Shown: positions 49,259 through 63,087 of the stretch, piece after piece
How positions within the stretch are numbered: position 1 is the first letter of the stretch
Layout: every line of letters starts with the position of its first letter
Notes under the pieces: model-generated
What the model saw: the letters and a program-made list of their open reading frames with translations, nothing else
Told to the model about the DNA's origin: nothing
Databases searched by the model: none
Assembly (NCBI GenBank): GCA_002269645.1
Contig: NIVC01001134.1
Location: 62,001 to 126,000, forward strand
Direction of reading: 5' to 3'
Length of the DNA stretch: 64,000 bases
Source of the DNA: Macrostomum lignano
Taxonomy: Eukaryota
Translations under genes and position numbers: made by a program

Positions 49259-49889
49259 TTGTGCAGTGTACCCACCCCTAATTATTTAGAATGATAATTT
49301 GAAAATTACCCTTGCAAACCCTTGTGCTAATGCAACAGTCTGGGTTGGGGGTGGGGGTTGGGGGTTGGGGTGGAGGTTCAATGGGAGAGGGTCTGAGAGA
49401 GGTCCGGCTGTCCGACCAATCAGACAGCTTCTCCATTTCCATTGTACACCGAGGCTAGCAGACCACCCCAAGCCCAATTATAAATAATCGATCGTTTCAT
49501 TGAAACGAAACTTTGTCAAGTCGGACTCTCACAGAACTATTCTGATTTACCGTTTGAAACCAGCATTGTACACTGTTAAAAATATGTACATAATTATTAT
49601 GATGCTACTTTCATTCAATTTGTTGTTAGATTTTACAAACTGAAGTACCTATAGAGAGAAAAACAATCCACTGTATAAAAATCCTTTGTCTCTAGGTATC
49701 TATCTATACTCAGAAACATTGAAAAGTCGCCACCCTTTGTCCCAGTGAGCATGAGTGCCTTTCGACCAGTGTCTATCACCTGGCCAGCCATTTTGATATT
49801 AAAAAAATGCTTGAAAAAAAACAATTAAAACCGGGTGGAAGCTTCAATTCACCCAATCTTTACCCTCCGCTCTTCCCAATTCTCTTTCT

Positions 49890-52800
49890 TCTTAATACTA
49901 AAAGTGGTGCGTTGTTTGTCTGTGTGATACATATCTCCTCCTAGACGACTTGCAAGTCAGCGTCGAAACTTATATGGGAAAACTGCAAATTTTCCGAGGA
50001 TGGCAGTGGGCTATTTCAATTTTTTATTTTTGCATTTTAAGATCCCGAAAAAAGCAAAAAACTGCAATATTGACCTTTGATAATCTTATTTGTCCCCTCT
50101 TTCTGCTTGGAGCTGAAAACTTGCATGAATTTTGAGCGATTGCGCCATAACTTTCTCCTATCTCTGCAGTGTATTTTCTCTCCAGTGGGGGTGCTTGCGT
50201 TCTCAGTGGCGGCGTGTGTACACTTGGACCTTGGCGCACGGGCTGACTGTATAGACAATTGCGCAACGATATGTGCTCTGATTTTCAATTAGGCAGCCCG
50301 GTGTATTTTTTGCACACTGAAATTCAATGCATCAACTTGCGAGCCTTTTTAGCAGGCAGGTGAACGTACACTCGATACTTCAATGCTTTAAATCGGGACA
50401 TTTCAAACGCAAACTGTTCCTCGAGTTCTAAACTTTAAAAGAATATACTTATATTGCTGGAAAGGTCTCGCAACACTGAGTTCGGGGATATAAGTTGTTT
50501 GTTTTAAATGTGAAAAGAAAAAACACAGCGATCGAAAACAATTTCCATACTTTTTACTTTCTGGAAATATTGTACTCATTTTGGGGTTCAATGGGGGTTC
50601 GACCAACCCCCCAACAGTTGGTGGGAGGGGGGGGGCGGTTCAACTTTTAATTGCCACTGCGGAAGGGGGTCAGTCGCTGTGTATTGGACGGTTGATTTAG
50701 ATTGCGCAATCATTTCGTTAACTTTACCTGAGCCTGATACTGACTGAATGAGAAAACGGTTGCGCAATAAATTGATTCAATTAATTCATATTTTTATCGG
50801 CGCCTTTCAACACGCAGCTCTGTGCAGCTCTAACCCTAACCCTAACTAATGAATCCTGAGAGTTGAGTTCTGTTTGACGGAGAAAATTTCGATTGGGTCC
50901 AGTTTCGCGGAGAGGATTTCTGTTTCGCGGAGAGGATTTCGATGGTGTTCAGTTTCACGGAGAGGATTTTAATGGATTTGGAGAACAGTTAGATGATGGG
51001 ATTCAGCTGATAGAGATCAGGGAATGGAATTCCGGTGATGGGAGTTCTTCCCCTTTCTCCTCCAGAGGAGGAGTTGGCCTCGTCCTAATACTAAAGTTGG
51101 TGCGATGATTGTTTGTTTGTTTGTCTGTTTGTTTGTGTGTTGCATAACTCCTCCTAGAATACTTGCAAGTCAGCGTTGAAACTTATATGGGGAAACTGCA
51201 AATTTTCCGGGGACTGCAGTGGGCTATTTCAATTTTTTATTTTCACATTTTAAGATCCCTAAAAAAGCAGAAAACTGATTTCCTAACCTTCTCTGGACAC
51301 TTTTTCTGCTCGGAGCCGAAAATTTGCATGATTTTGAGCGATTGCGCCACAACTTTCTCCTATCTCTGTAGTGTATTTTCTCGCCAGTGGGGTTGGTCGC
51401 GTTCTCAGTGGCAGCGTGTGTACAAGCGGACCCCGGCTGAAAAAATGAACTGTGTGTATTTCGTGGGGTGGTGGGTAAGTAAGCGCAATTATATGGCTAT
51501 TGTGCTGAGATTCAATTGGTTTTATTATCAGCACCTTTCAATTGACTGCCCTGTGCATTGGTTAGACAGTGAAATTCAATGAATAAACTTGCGGGCCTCT
51601 TTAGCAGGCAGTGAACGTATGAACGTACACTCAATATTGCAATGCTATAAATCGGCAAATTTCAAACTCAGACTGTTGCTGGAGTTTTTAACTTTGAGAG
51701 GAGAGACTTATATTGCTGGAAAGAACTTGCAACGCTGAGTTCGGGGATATAAATTGTTTGCTTTAAATATGAAAACTAAAAGCGCGGGATTCAAAAAACG
51801 ATTTCCATACTTTTAACTTCCTGCAAAGATTGTAGGAAGATTTTAGTTGAGGGGTTGAGTTAAATTTAATGATTCCCCGGAACGAGGGGGTTGGGCTTGG
51901 ACTGAGTGTACATAGCTGTTTTAAAAAGATAGAACTGTGCCGAGATTCAATTGGTTTTATTATCGGCCCTGTGTATTAGCTGGGCAGTGAAATTCAATGA
52001 ATTGCGAGCTTCTCTAGCAAGCAGTCGGGAAATCGGTAAATTTCAAACGCTAACTGTTCCTCGAGTTTTAAACTTTGAGAGGAGAAACTTATATTGCTGG
52101 AAAGATCTTGCAACGCTGAGTTCGGGAATATAAGTTGTTTGCTTTAAATATGAAAAGAAAATGCACAGCATTTGAAAAACTATGTCCATACTTTTAACTT
52201 TCTGCAAAAATTGTACTCAGTTTTGCGAGACGTAATAGATAAAGTTGGGGGAGGGTTCAACTTCTCACTGCTGCTGTGTATTGGAGGGTTGATTTAGATT
52301 GCGCAATGTTTTTGTTAACTTTAACTGAGACTGATACTGACTGACTGTGAAATCGGTTGCGCAATGAATTGATTCAATTAGTTCAATATTTTTATCAGTG
52401 CCTTTTAACACGAAGCTGTGCGTATAGTTCTAACCCTAACCCTAACCCTAACCCTAACCAATGAATCCGGAGAGTTGAGTTGTTTGACGGAAAAAATTCG
52501 ATTGAGTCCAGTTTAGCGGAGACGATTTCAATGTTTTAATTTTGACGGAGAGAATTTCTGTTTCGTGGAGAGGATTTCGATGGTGTTCAGTTTCACGGAG
52601 AGGATTTCGATCACGTTCATCTTCACAGTGAGGATTTCTGTTTCGCGGAGATAATTTATGATTGATTTCTGTTTTATCGAGACGATTTAGATGGATTTAA
52701 GTTTCAATGAGAGGATTTCGAAGGAGTCCAGTTTCATGGAGAGGATTTCGATAGTTTTCATTTGAACGGACAGGATTTCTGCTTTGCGGAGAGGATTTTG

Positions 52801-55800
52801 ATGGATTTGGCATCTTCAGTCAGTCAGAGAAGAGAGTAAAGAGAAGAATGAAAAAGAAGAGAGATGAGATGATAGAAAACAGAGTAGAAATGAGACGAGA
52901 GATTAGACATGACAGATGGGAGAAAAGAGGGGAGTAAGGCGGGAACGAAGGAGAGAGAAGAGAAGAGGAGAGAGGAGACGAGAGGGGAGATATGAGATAG
53001 CAGAGGGAGACAAGAGAGATGATAGGAGAGAGAATAGAGATGAGGGATAAGAGCGTACAGAGGTAATAGAAAAGAGGGGAGAGTAGAGGAGAAAGAAGGA
53101 GTGAGATGAGGGATGAGAGATGAGAGAGGAGGGGAGAGAGAAGAGAGGAGAAAAGAGGGAGAAATGAGAGATGCGATGAGAAAAGAGATGAGTGAGAACA
53201 TAAGAGAGAAGAGATTAGAGATTAGAGAAGAGAGGGGAGAAGATGAAATGAGAAAGGAGAGGAGAGAAGAGAGAATGGAGAGGATAGAAAAGAGAGAAGA
53301 GAAGAGATAGGGGATAGTGGTAAGGAGGAAAGAAAGATGGGAGACAAGAAAGTAGAGTGTGAGAGCGTATATGAGATATGAGAAATGAGAAGCAGATAGG
53401 AGAGAAAAGAGAAGAGAGAGAGGGTTAAGAGAGACGATAAATAAGTAAGAAGAGATGACATATGAGAGAGGAGAGAAGAGGGAGAGATAAAGAGAAGAGA
53501 GGAGACAGGAGACAGAAGTGAAGAGGAGAGATATGAGAGAAGAGAGGAGACAAGAGACAGGAGAGGGTACAAACGAAAGACGAGGGAGAAGAGATAAATA
53601 AGGGAGTAGGGGTAGAGATGAGATGAGAGAGAGGAGAGAGAAGAGAGTCACGATAATAGCGAATAGAAGAGAGAGGAGATATGAGAGACGTGAGAGTCTT
53701 TGAGCTATGGTCTTTCAAAGATTTTGTAAAGAATTTGGAGACGATTTGGAAGATAGGGTTCAAGACATGGAATTTCAGTTGATGGATATTTCAGGGAATG
53801 GAATTCCGGTGATGGGAGTTCTTCCCCTTTCTCCTCCGAAGGAGGAGTTGGCCTCGTCTTAATACTAAAACTGGTGCGTTGTTTGTCTGTGTGATACATA
53901 TCTCCTCCTAGACGACTTGCAAGTCAGCGTCGAAACTTATATGGGAAAACTGCAAATTTTCCGAGGATGGCAGTGGGCTATTTCAATTTTTTATTTTTAC
54001 ATTTTAAGATCCCGAAAAAAGCAAAAAACTGCAATCTTGACCTTTGATAATCTTATTTGTCCCCTCTTTCTGCTTGGAGCTAAAAATTTGCATGAATTTT
54101 GAGCGATTGCGCCATAACTTTCTCCTATCTCTGCAGTGTATTTTCTCTCCAGTGGGGGTGCTCGCGTTCTCAGTGGCGGCGTGTGTACACTTGGACCTTG
54201 GCGCACGGGCTGACTGTATAGACAATTGCGCAACGATACGTGCTCTGATTTTCAATTAGGCAGCCCGGTGTATTTTTTGCACACTGAAATTCAATGCATC
54301 AACATGCGAGCCTTTTTAGCAGGCAGGTGAACGTACACTCGATACTTCAATGCTTTAAATCGGGACATTTCAAACGCTAACTGTTGCTCGAGTTCTAAAC
54401 TTTAAAAGAATAGACTTATATTGCTGGAAAGATCTTGCAAAACTGAGTTCGGGGATATAAGTTGTTTGTTTTAAATGTGAAAAGAAAAAACACAGCGATC
54501 GAAAACAACTTCCATACTTTTTACTTTCTGGAAAGATTGTACTCATTTTGGGGTTCAATGGGGTTCGACCAACCCCCCAACAGTTGGTGGGAGGGGGGCG
54601 GTTCAACTTTTAATTGCCACTGCGGAAGGGGGTCAGTCGCTGTGTATTGGAGGGTTGATTTAGATTGCGCAATCATTTCGTGTGCACTTGGACCTTGGCG
54701 CACGGGCTGACTGTATAGACAATTGCAATTCACTGTTGCAGGCAGTGAACGTACACTCGATACTTCAATGCTTAAAATCAGAAAGTTTCAAACACTAACT
54801 GTTGCTCGAGTTTTGAACTTAGAGAGGAGAGACTTATATTGCTGGAAAGATCTTGCTGCGATGAGTTCGGAGATATAAGTTTTTTGCTTTAAATATGAAA
54901 ATTAAATTCACAGCATTCAAGAAAAGATTTTAATACTTTTAGCTTTCTGCAAAGATTGTTCTCATTTTGGAGTTCAATGGGGGTTCGACCGACCCCCAAT
55001 AGTTGGTGAGGGGGGGTTCAATTTCTAGCTGCACTGCGTATTGGAAGGGGGGTCGGTTGCTGTGTATTTGAGGGTTGATTTAGATTGCGCAATCTTTTTG
55101 TTAACTTTAACTTTTTGAGGCTGATACTGACTGCCTGAGAAATAAGTTGCGCAATTTAATTGGTTCAATGTTTTTACGGCGTCTTTCAACACGCAGCTGT
55201 GTGTAGCTCTAACCCTAACCCTAACCTTAACCAATGAATTCTGAGAGCTAGGCTGTTTGACGTAGAAATTTCGATTTAGTCCAGTTTCACGGAGAGGATT
55301 TCTATTTCGCGGAGAATATTTCGATGGTGTTCAGTTTCACGGAGAGGATTTCGATAGTGTTCAGTTTCACGGAGACGATTTCTGTTGCGCGGAGAGGTGT
55401 TGGAAAATGGGATTCCGCTGATGGAGTTCAGGGAATGGAATTCCGCTGATTGGAGTTCTTCCCCTTTCTTCTCCGAAGGAGGAGTTGGCCTCGTAAATAC
55501 TAAAGTTGGTGCGATGTTTGTCTGTCTGTATGTTGCAATTTTTCTCCTAGACTACTTGCAACTCAGCGTTGAAACTCACATGGGTAAACTGCAAATTTTC
55601 CGGGTTGGGTTTATAGCTATTTTAATCTTTCATTTTTATATTTTAAGATCCCTAAAAAAGCAGAAATAATAAAACAATAGGGAATATGATCCACCTTGCG
55701 CAACTCTTAGTGATTGCGCCACAACAGCTGGCCTATCTGTGTAGTGTATTCTTTTAGCTGAAGGGGTGTAACTGGGCCAGTTGGCATCAATTTTTAGTGA

Positions 55801-58548
55801 TTACGCCACAACTTTCTCCTATCTCGGCAGTGTATTTTCTCTCCAATGGGGAATGGGGCATTCTCAGTGGCTGCGTGTGTACAATCGGACCCTAGCTCAC
55901 TGGCTGATTGTATAGACAATTGCGCAACGATATGTTTTCTGATTTTCAATAGGCAGCCCTGTGTATTTGTTGGACAGTAAAATTCAATGAATAAACTTGC
56001 GAGCCTCCCACTGCTGCAGGCAGTGAACGTACACTCAATAGTTCAATTCCTTAAAACGGGAAATTTCAAAGCCAAACTGTTCCTTGAGTTTTAAACTTTA
56101 AGAGAAGAGACTTATATTGCTGGAAAGAGGTTGCAATGCTGAGTTAGGGGATATAAGTTTTTTGCTCTAAATGTGAAAATTAAAAGCACAGCATTCAAAA
56201 AGTGATTTCCATACTTTTAACTTTTTGCAAAGATTGTACTCCATTTCGGGGTTCAATGAGGGTTTGACAGACTCCCAACAGTGGGGGGGTTCAATTTCTA
56301 GCTGCACTGCGTATTCGAAGGGGTTCAGTCGCTGTGTATTGGAGGGTTGATTTAGATTGCGCAATTTTTTTGTTAACTTTAACCGAAGCTGATACTGACT
56401 GCCTGAGAAATAAGTTGCGCAATTTAATTGGTTCAATGTTTTAACGGCGCCTTTCAACATGCAGCTGTGTAGCTCTAACCCTAACCCTAACCATAACCAA
56501 TGAATTCTGAGAGCTGGGTTCTGTTTGACAGAGAAATTTCGATTGAGTCCAGTTACACGGAGAGGATTTTCGCGGAGAGGATTTTGATGGTGTTCAGTTT
56601 CACGGAGACAATTTCTGTTTCGCGGAGAGTTCAGGAAATGGGATTCCGGTGATGGGAGTTCTTCCCCTTTCTCCTCCAGCGGAGGAGTTGGCCTCGTCTC
56701 CTAATCCTAATACTAAAACCGACGCGATGTTTGTCTGTCTGTATGTCTGTCTGTCTGTATGTAGCAAGTGAACTCCTACAATTCTGCCAAGTCAACGTCG
56801 AAACTTATATGGGAAAACTGCAAATTTTCCGGAGCAGGCTTTAGGCTATTTTAATTTTTAATTTTCACATTTTAACATCCCTAAAAAAGCAGAAAACTGC
56901 TTTTTTAACCCCCAATAACCTTCTTTGGTCACTCTGCCTGGGGCATCAGCCAGTTTGTAAAAATAGCCACCCCAACCTCCGCCCGCGGGCCGCTGTGTAT
57001 TGAGGGGTGGTGGGTGCGCGTGTTCTGCGTTCAATGCAAATAAAACCCCCGCGTGTTGGGGGGTTAAGTTCAATTTAATGATTCCCCCAGACTGGGGGTT
57101 GGGCTTGGGCTGAGTGTACATAGCAGTTGTACAGTGTAAATAGATAGACTGTGTCGAGATTCATTTGGTTTTATTATTGGCAGCCATGTGTATTAGTTTG
57201 GCAGTGAAATTCAATGAATAAACTTGCGAGCTTCTCTAGCAAGCAGTCGGGAAATCGGTAAATTTCAAACGCTAACTGTTCCTCGAGTTTTAAACTTTGA
57301 GAGGAGAGACTTATATTGCTGGAAAGATCTTGCAACGCTGAGTTTGGGGATATAAGTTGTTTGCTTTATATATGAAAAGAAAAAGCACAGCATTTGAAAA
57401 ACTATTTTCATACTTTTAACTTTCTGCAAAGATTGTACTTAGTTTTGCGAGACGTAATAGATAAAGTTGGGGGAGGGTTCAACTTCTCACTGCTGCTGTG
57501 TATTGGAGGGTTGATTTAGATTGCGCAACTGTTTATTTAACTTTAAATAAGACTGATACTGTCTGACTGAGAAATGGTTTGCGCAATTAATTGATTCAAT
57601 TAATTCAACACGCAGCTCTGTGCAGCTCGAACCCTAACCCTAACCAATGAATTCTGAAAGTTAAGTTCTTTTTGACAGAGAAAATTTCGATTGAGTCCAG
57701 TTTCACGGAGTATTCTGATGGTTTTCGGTTTCACGGAGAGGATTTATTTTTCGTGGAGAGAATTTAGATGTATTTCTGTTTTACGGAGACGATTTTGATG
57801 GATGTCAGTTTCACTCAGAGGATTTCCATGGAGCCCAGTTTCACGGAGAGGATTTCTGTTTCGCTGAGAGGATTTCTGTTTCACGGAGGGATTTTGATGG
57901 ATTTGGTATCTTCAGTCAGTCAGTAAAGAGAGTAAAGAGAAGAGTGAAAAGAGAAGAGAGAAGAGATTATAGAAAAGAGAGTAGAGATGAGAGAGGACAG
58001 ATTAGACATGACAGATGGGAGAGAAGAGGGGAGTAAGGCGGGAACGAAGAGGGAGAGAGAAGAAAAGAGGAGAGAGGAGATGAGAGGGAATATATGAGAT
58101 AGCAGAGGGAGACAGGAGAGATGAGAGGAGAGAGAAGAGAGGAGCTGAGAGTAGAGGAGAAAGAAATAGTGAGATGAGGCATGAGGGATGAGAGATGAGA
58201 GAGGAGAGAAGAGAGGAGAGAGGAGAGAGGAGAAAACAGGGGATAAAGGAGACAGAAGAGAAAGACGAAAGACGAGGGAGAAGAGATAAATAAGGTGGTA
58301 GAGATGAGAGACGTGAGAGGAGAGAAAAGAGAAGAGAGGAGACAGAAGAATCTGAGTCTGGACAATGGCAGTCAGTTTTTGCGAACAGGGAAAACAAGAT
58401 ATGGTATTTGAAAGGCTTTACAGAGGATTTGGAGATGATTTGGAAGATGGGATTCAAGTCATGGAATTTCAGCTGATGGATTTCAGGGAATGGAATTCCG
58501 GTGATGGGAGTTCTTCCCCTTTCTCCTCCAGAGGAGGAGTTGGCCTCG
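49890..58548 (+). mobile_element. Head-to-tail array of five non-autonomous Helitron-like units
   Basis: Units 49890-51082, 51083-53856, 53857-55493, 55494-56696 and 56697-58548. Each begins T(C)..TAATACTAAA..TTTGTCTG and ends with the hairpin CTCCTCC-nnn-GGAGGAG followed by TTGGCCTCG. Internal modules are shared. Confidence 0.7.
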
Positions 58549-61500
58549 TAATAATATATCTAAAGTAGCAACCCCCCTCCACCGGCCCTGTCTGTCTGTG
58601 GGTATGTAACAGGTTATCTCCCAAAAGGCTCAACCGATTTTCTCCGTTTCTTCGCCAAAAGATGTCAAATGTGCCCGGGACGGTACATGTAATTTTATTA
58701 AGCTCTAGCTCAATGCTAAGGGGATTAAATATTCGAAAAACTGTTTTAAATGGCCTTTTTAGTGTATTTTTTTATCAGCCTGCGCGCAGCGAGAAACTTC
58801 ACAGCCAATTTTAATGATTGCGCCAGAGCCAACTGATAAGAAAATTCACTTTGCCCCACTGCCCAGATAATTACTCTATTTAACTTGCGTAACCAATTAA
58901 GGGGGGGGGTATAATAAAAATTCTGGATGCTTCCAATATACTAAAAATCAAAACTATGTACCTATAGGAACCTTCGCTTAACTTCACTCTACATGGTCGG
59001 AATTTCGTGGGGTTTTCTGCATTCGATGCGTATTGATGGTGCGCAGGTACACAAAATTTTGCTAAGAAATTGCTTCATTTTTTCGGGCTTAAATATTCGA
59101 AAAACTCGATTTTCTCCCTGTTTTTTAAAGTTCAAACAGTTCTTTCCGATTGAGAAGCAGTCTGCCGGCCGATGGAATTGTATTGCATCATAACTCAGTG
59201 CCAACTATAGCATTGGTTCTCTACACTGGCGTGGAGAGCTACAAGCGTTGAAAGGTTGCGCAACACATTTTAATTGAGGGGCGGGTGTCGCTATTCAATT
59301 ATTCATGGGCTGGCTTGGTTGTTAATTTCAATGCATCAACTTGCAGGCCTCTCACTGTAGCTGGCGCTGAATGTACGCCTTATGAATTTGAATGCTTTAA
59401 AGCAGGAATGTTCAATCATTGTTTGTGCTTCGAGTTTTTTACTTTCAGAAGAGAGCCTTGTATTGCTAGAAAGAGCTTGAAACGCTGAGTTCGGGAATAA
59501 TTTCTTTGCTTAGATTCGAAAAATTAAAAGCACAGCATTAAAAAGAAGATTCCTTTGAATTTTACTTTATATACTCATTGTACGCTCTCCAATATCGCAA
59601 ACCCCTACTTTATCGCAATTCCACAATTCAAGCCAGCGCCATTGAATTTAGATTTAGATTGCGTAACCATATTGGTGACTTTATTTGAAACTGATACAGA
59701 CTGGCTGAGAAATTATGTCATAACTGCTTCGTGTGATTTACTCTGTGCGTGGAGTTTTGAAAGTGTTGAATTATGTAAGTGCTACAATTTATGTTATCAA
59801 AGCATTGAGAGATAGCCTAGAGGTAAACAGACTGACCTGCTAATGCAGCGACGTGGGTTCGAATTTTTAAATTGTAGAAGTATTTTATTAAAAAAAATTA
59901 ATTTTAAACTTTTTAGCGAAAGAAAACTAAAAAACGTCAGGTAAATCAGGTAGAAGAGAAGCTACGAGTATTATATTCAAAAAAAATTTATTAAACTGAG
60001 ATGCCAAGGCTAAGAGGGAATTGCTGAGATATCAAGACGTGAGGGGAATTGCTGAGATGTCAAGACTTACTGGGGGAATTACTGAGATATAAGGGCTTAC
60101 TGAGAGAATTACTGAGATGCCAAGGCTTAAGAGTGAATTGCTGAGATGTCAAGGCTTGGAGGGAATTTCTGAGGTGTCAGGGCTTGGTGGGAATTGCTGA
60201 GATGTTAAGTCTTGGGGAGGAATTCTATGGATCGGGGAATCTTTGAACGAGAGATGCTTCTAATGGATATCTCGAGGAGATGAGGGGATTCTTTGGCCAA
60301 GAATTCTATTCATGGGCGGATTATTTGGATGGGAGTTTCTTTGGATTCCTTGAATGGGGGATTCTGTTGATGGGGATTATTTGGACGTAAAGTTTTTTGA
60401 ACGGGTTTTTTTAGATGAGGGTATTATTTGGCCAATTATTCTTTTGATGGGAGAATCAATGGATAATGTGGATGGAGATTCTGTGGATGGGGATTATTTG
60501 GACGTGGATTATTTGCATGGGGATTTTTTGGAGGGAGATTCTTTAGTTAGGAATGGATGGGGATGGATAGGAGGATTCTTTGGATAGGGATAAATAGGGG
60601 CATTTTTTCGATAGGGATGGATGGGGGATTCTTTGGATATGGATGGGTGGGGGGTTTCTTTGGATATGGATGGGAGGGGGATTCTTTGGATATAGATGGG
60701 TGGGGGGATTCTTTGGATATGGATGGGTGGGGGATTCTTTGGATATGGATGGGTGGGGGATTCTTTGGATATGGATGGGTGGGGGATTCTTTCGATGGGG
60801 ACTCTGTGAATGAGGGACTCTTTTAATAGGGATTCTTTTGAAGGGGATTCTTTGCATGTGAGATGTTATGGATGGGCAATGCATTGGATGGGAAATTCTT
60901 CAGATAGGAGAATTCCTTGAATGGGGAATTCTTTGGATCCGGGATTCTATTGATAGGGGTTCTTTGGATGGGAGATTTTTTGATATGGATGGAGGTCGAG
61001 GATTTTTTGGATAGGGATGGATAGGGGGATTCTTCGGATCGGGGATTCTATCGATGGGGGTTCTTTGGATGGGGATTCTCTGCATGTAAGATTCTATGGA
61101 TGGGCAATTCTTCAGATAGGAGAATTCCTTGAATGGGGAATTCTTCGGATCGGTGATTCTATCGATGGGAGGTTTTTTGGATGGCGGATTCTTTGCATGT
61201 GAGATTCTTTGCATCGTGGATTTTATGGGTGGTGTATTCTTTGGATGAGGGATTCTTTGTATGGGAGATTCAGTTGGGTGAAATTTTATTGCGTGGGAAA
61301 ACTGTGGCTGGAGTTTGGACGGAAAGCCTCAACGGGAGTTGGAATTGGCTAGCTGAGGAAATTGCTTCATTAATCTTGCTGGGGGTACTTTCTATCAGGG
61401 GTTGCTTGCTATCGGAAGGACGCTTGCTCTTGGGGTATGCTTGCTCGGAAGAGAATTTTAAGATGTCAAGTTTTACAAGGGGAATTATTGAGATACATGT

Positions 61501-62757
61501 ATAAAATCTTACCTTGGGGAATTAATGACATGTGAAGGCTTAAGTGGGACTTGCTGAGATGCCAAGGCTTGTGGGGGAATTGCTGAGGTGTGAAGGCTTA
61601 AAAAGGAATTGCTGAGGTCTTAAGTCTCGGGGAGGGGAATCGCTAAGATGTCAAGACTTACTGGAGGAATTACTGAGATATGAAGGCTTACTGGGAGAAT
61701 TACTGAGATATCAAGGCTTGGGGAGGGGAATTACTGAGATGTCAAGGCTTTGGACGGGGAGAAATTGGTAACATGTCAAGGCTTGCGCCGGAATTGCTTA
61801 GATGTCAATGCTTGGGGAAAATTTCTGAGGTGTCGAGGCTTGGGGAAATTGCTGAGATGTTAAGTCTTGGGGGAATTCTATGGATTGATGATTCTTTGGA
61901 TGAGGGATGCTTCTAATGGATAAATTTGAATAGGTGATTCATTGGGCAATTTCTTTGGTGGGGCATTGTTTCGATTGAGGGTTTTTTGAATGGGGATTCT
62001 TTAGATGAATGATTCTTTAGATGGGGGTTATTTGAACGGGGGTTCTTTAGATGAGGGGATTCTGGATTCTTTGGCCAATTATGCTTTTGATGGGGGATTA
62101 TTTAAGGATGTGAATTATTTAGAGGGGGATTTTTTGGAGAAGGAATTTTTTGGATATGGATGGTTAAGGTGATTACTTAGATAGGAATGGATGGGGAAAT
62201 TCTTTGGATAGGGATGAATAGGAGGATTCTTGGATAGGGATGGATGGGGGATTGTTTAGATAGGGATGGATGGGCGATTCTTTGGATAGGGATGGGTGGG
62301 GGATTCTTTGGATAGAGGGTTTCTGTGGATGAGGGATTTCTTGAATAAGGGATTCATTGGACGGGGAATTCTTCAGATGGGAGGATTCCTTGAATGGGGA
62401 ATTCTTCGGATCGGGGATTCTATCAATGGGATGGGATGGGGATGGGACGGGAAGGATTGGTATTCTTTGCATGTGAGATTCTATGGATGGGCGATTCATT
62501 AAATAGGGAATTCTACAGATAGAGGATTCCTTGAATGGGGAATTCTTCGGATCGGGGATTCTGTCGATGGGGGGTTCTTTGTATGGGATTCTTTGGATGA
62601 GGGTTTTTTGCACGTGAGATTATTTGCATCAGGGACTTTATGGATTAGAGATTCTTTGGATGGGGGGGGGGGGTTCAGTTGGGTGAATTTCTTTTGCGTG
62701 GGAAAACTTTGGTAGGAGTTCTGACGGAAAGCCCCAACGGGGGTTGGAATTGGCTAG
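58549..62757 (+). mobile_element. Related diverged Helitron-like region with two CTAG 3' ends and internal minisatellites
   Basis: Head taatatatctaaag..ctgtctgtctgt; 59300-59700 is similar to the array modules; termini ..aacggg..ttggaattggCTAG at 61352 and 62757; two duplicated blocks of ctgagatgtcaaggctt and ggattcttt repeats. Confidence 0.5.
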
Positions 62758-63087
62758 TCCCTCCTCATCCAGACCAACTCTGCGTCGCGTGGCGCAAGTT
62801 GCATCACTCAAAAGTCAAAACTGAGCTGGAATTTAATGTTGTTGAGTATATCTATCTTTTGTCACCCTCTCCCCCCTACTGCATCTCTCCCTGCCTCTCT
62901 CCTGCCTCTTCCCTGCTTCTCTACACATCTCTTAGTACGCGGCTTAAGGCTTATCCGCGTTTACTCCAACACTATACAAACAAGAGAAATTCTCTAGCGC
63001 ATGAGGACGGTGATAAATAAAAAACAATATAGTGCTTATTTTAAGGACGAACAGCTTTACACAGGCTTGGGTTAATTTCTTAATCTG

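Noticed and set aside
52824-53700. Long Leu/Ser-rich minus-strand ORFs (also 57967-58457 and 17940-18180)
   Set aside because: Low-complexity AG-rich tracts; no coding signature.
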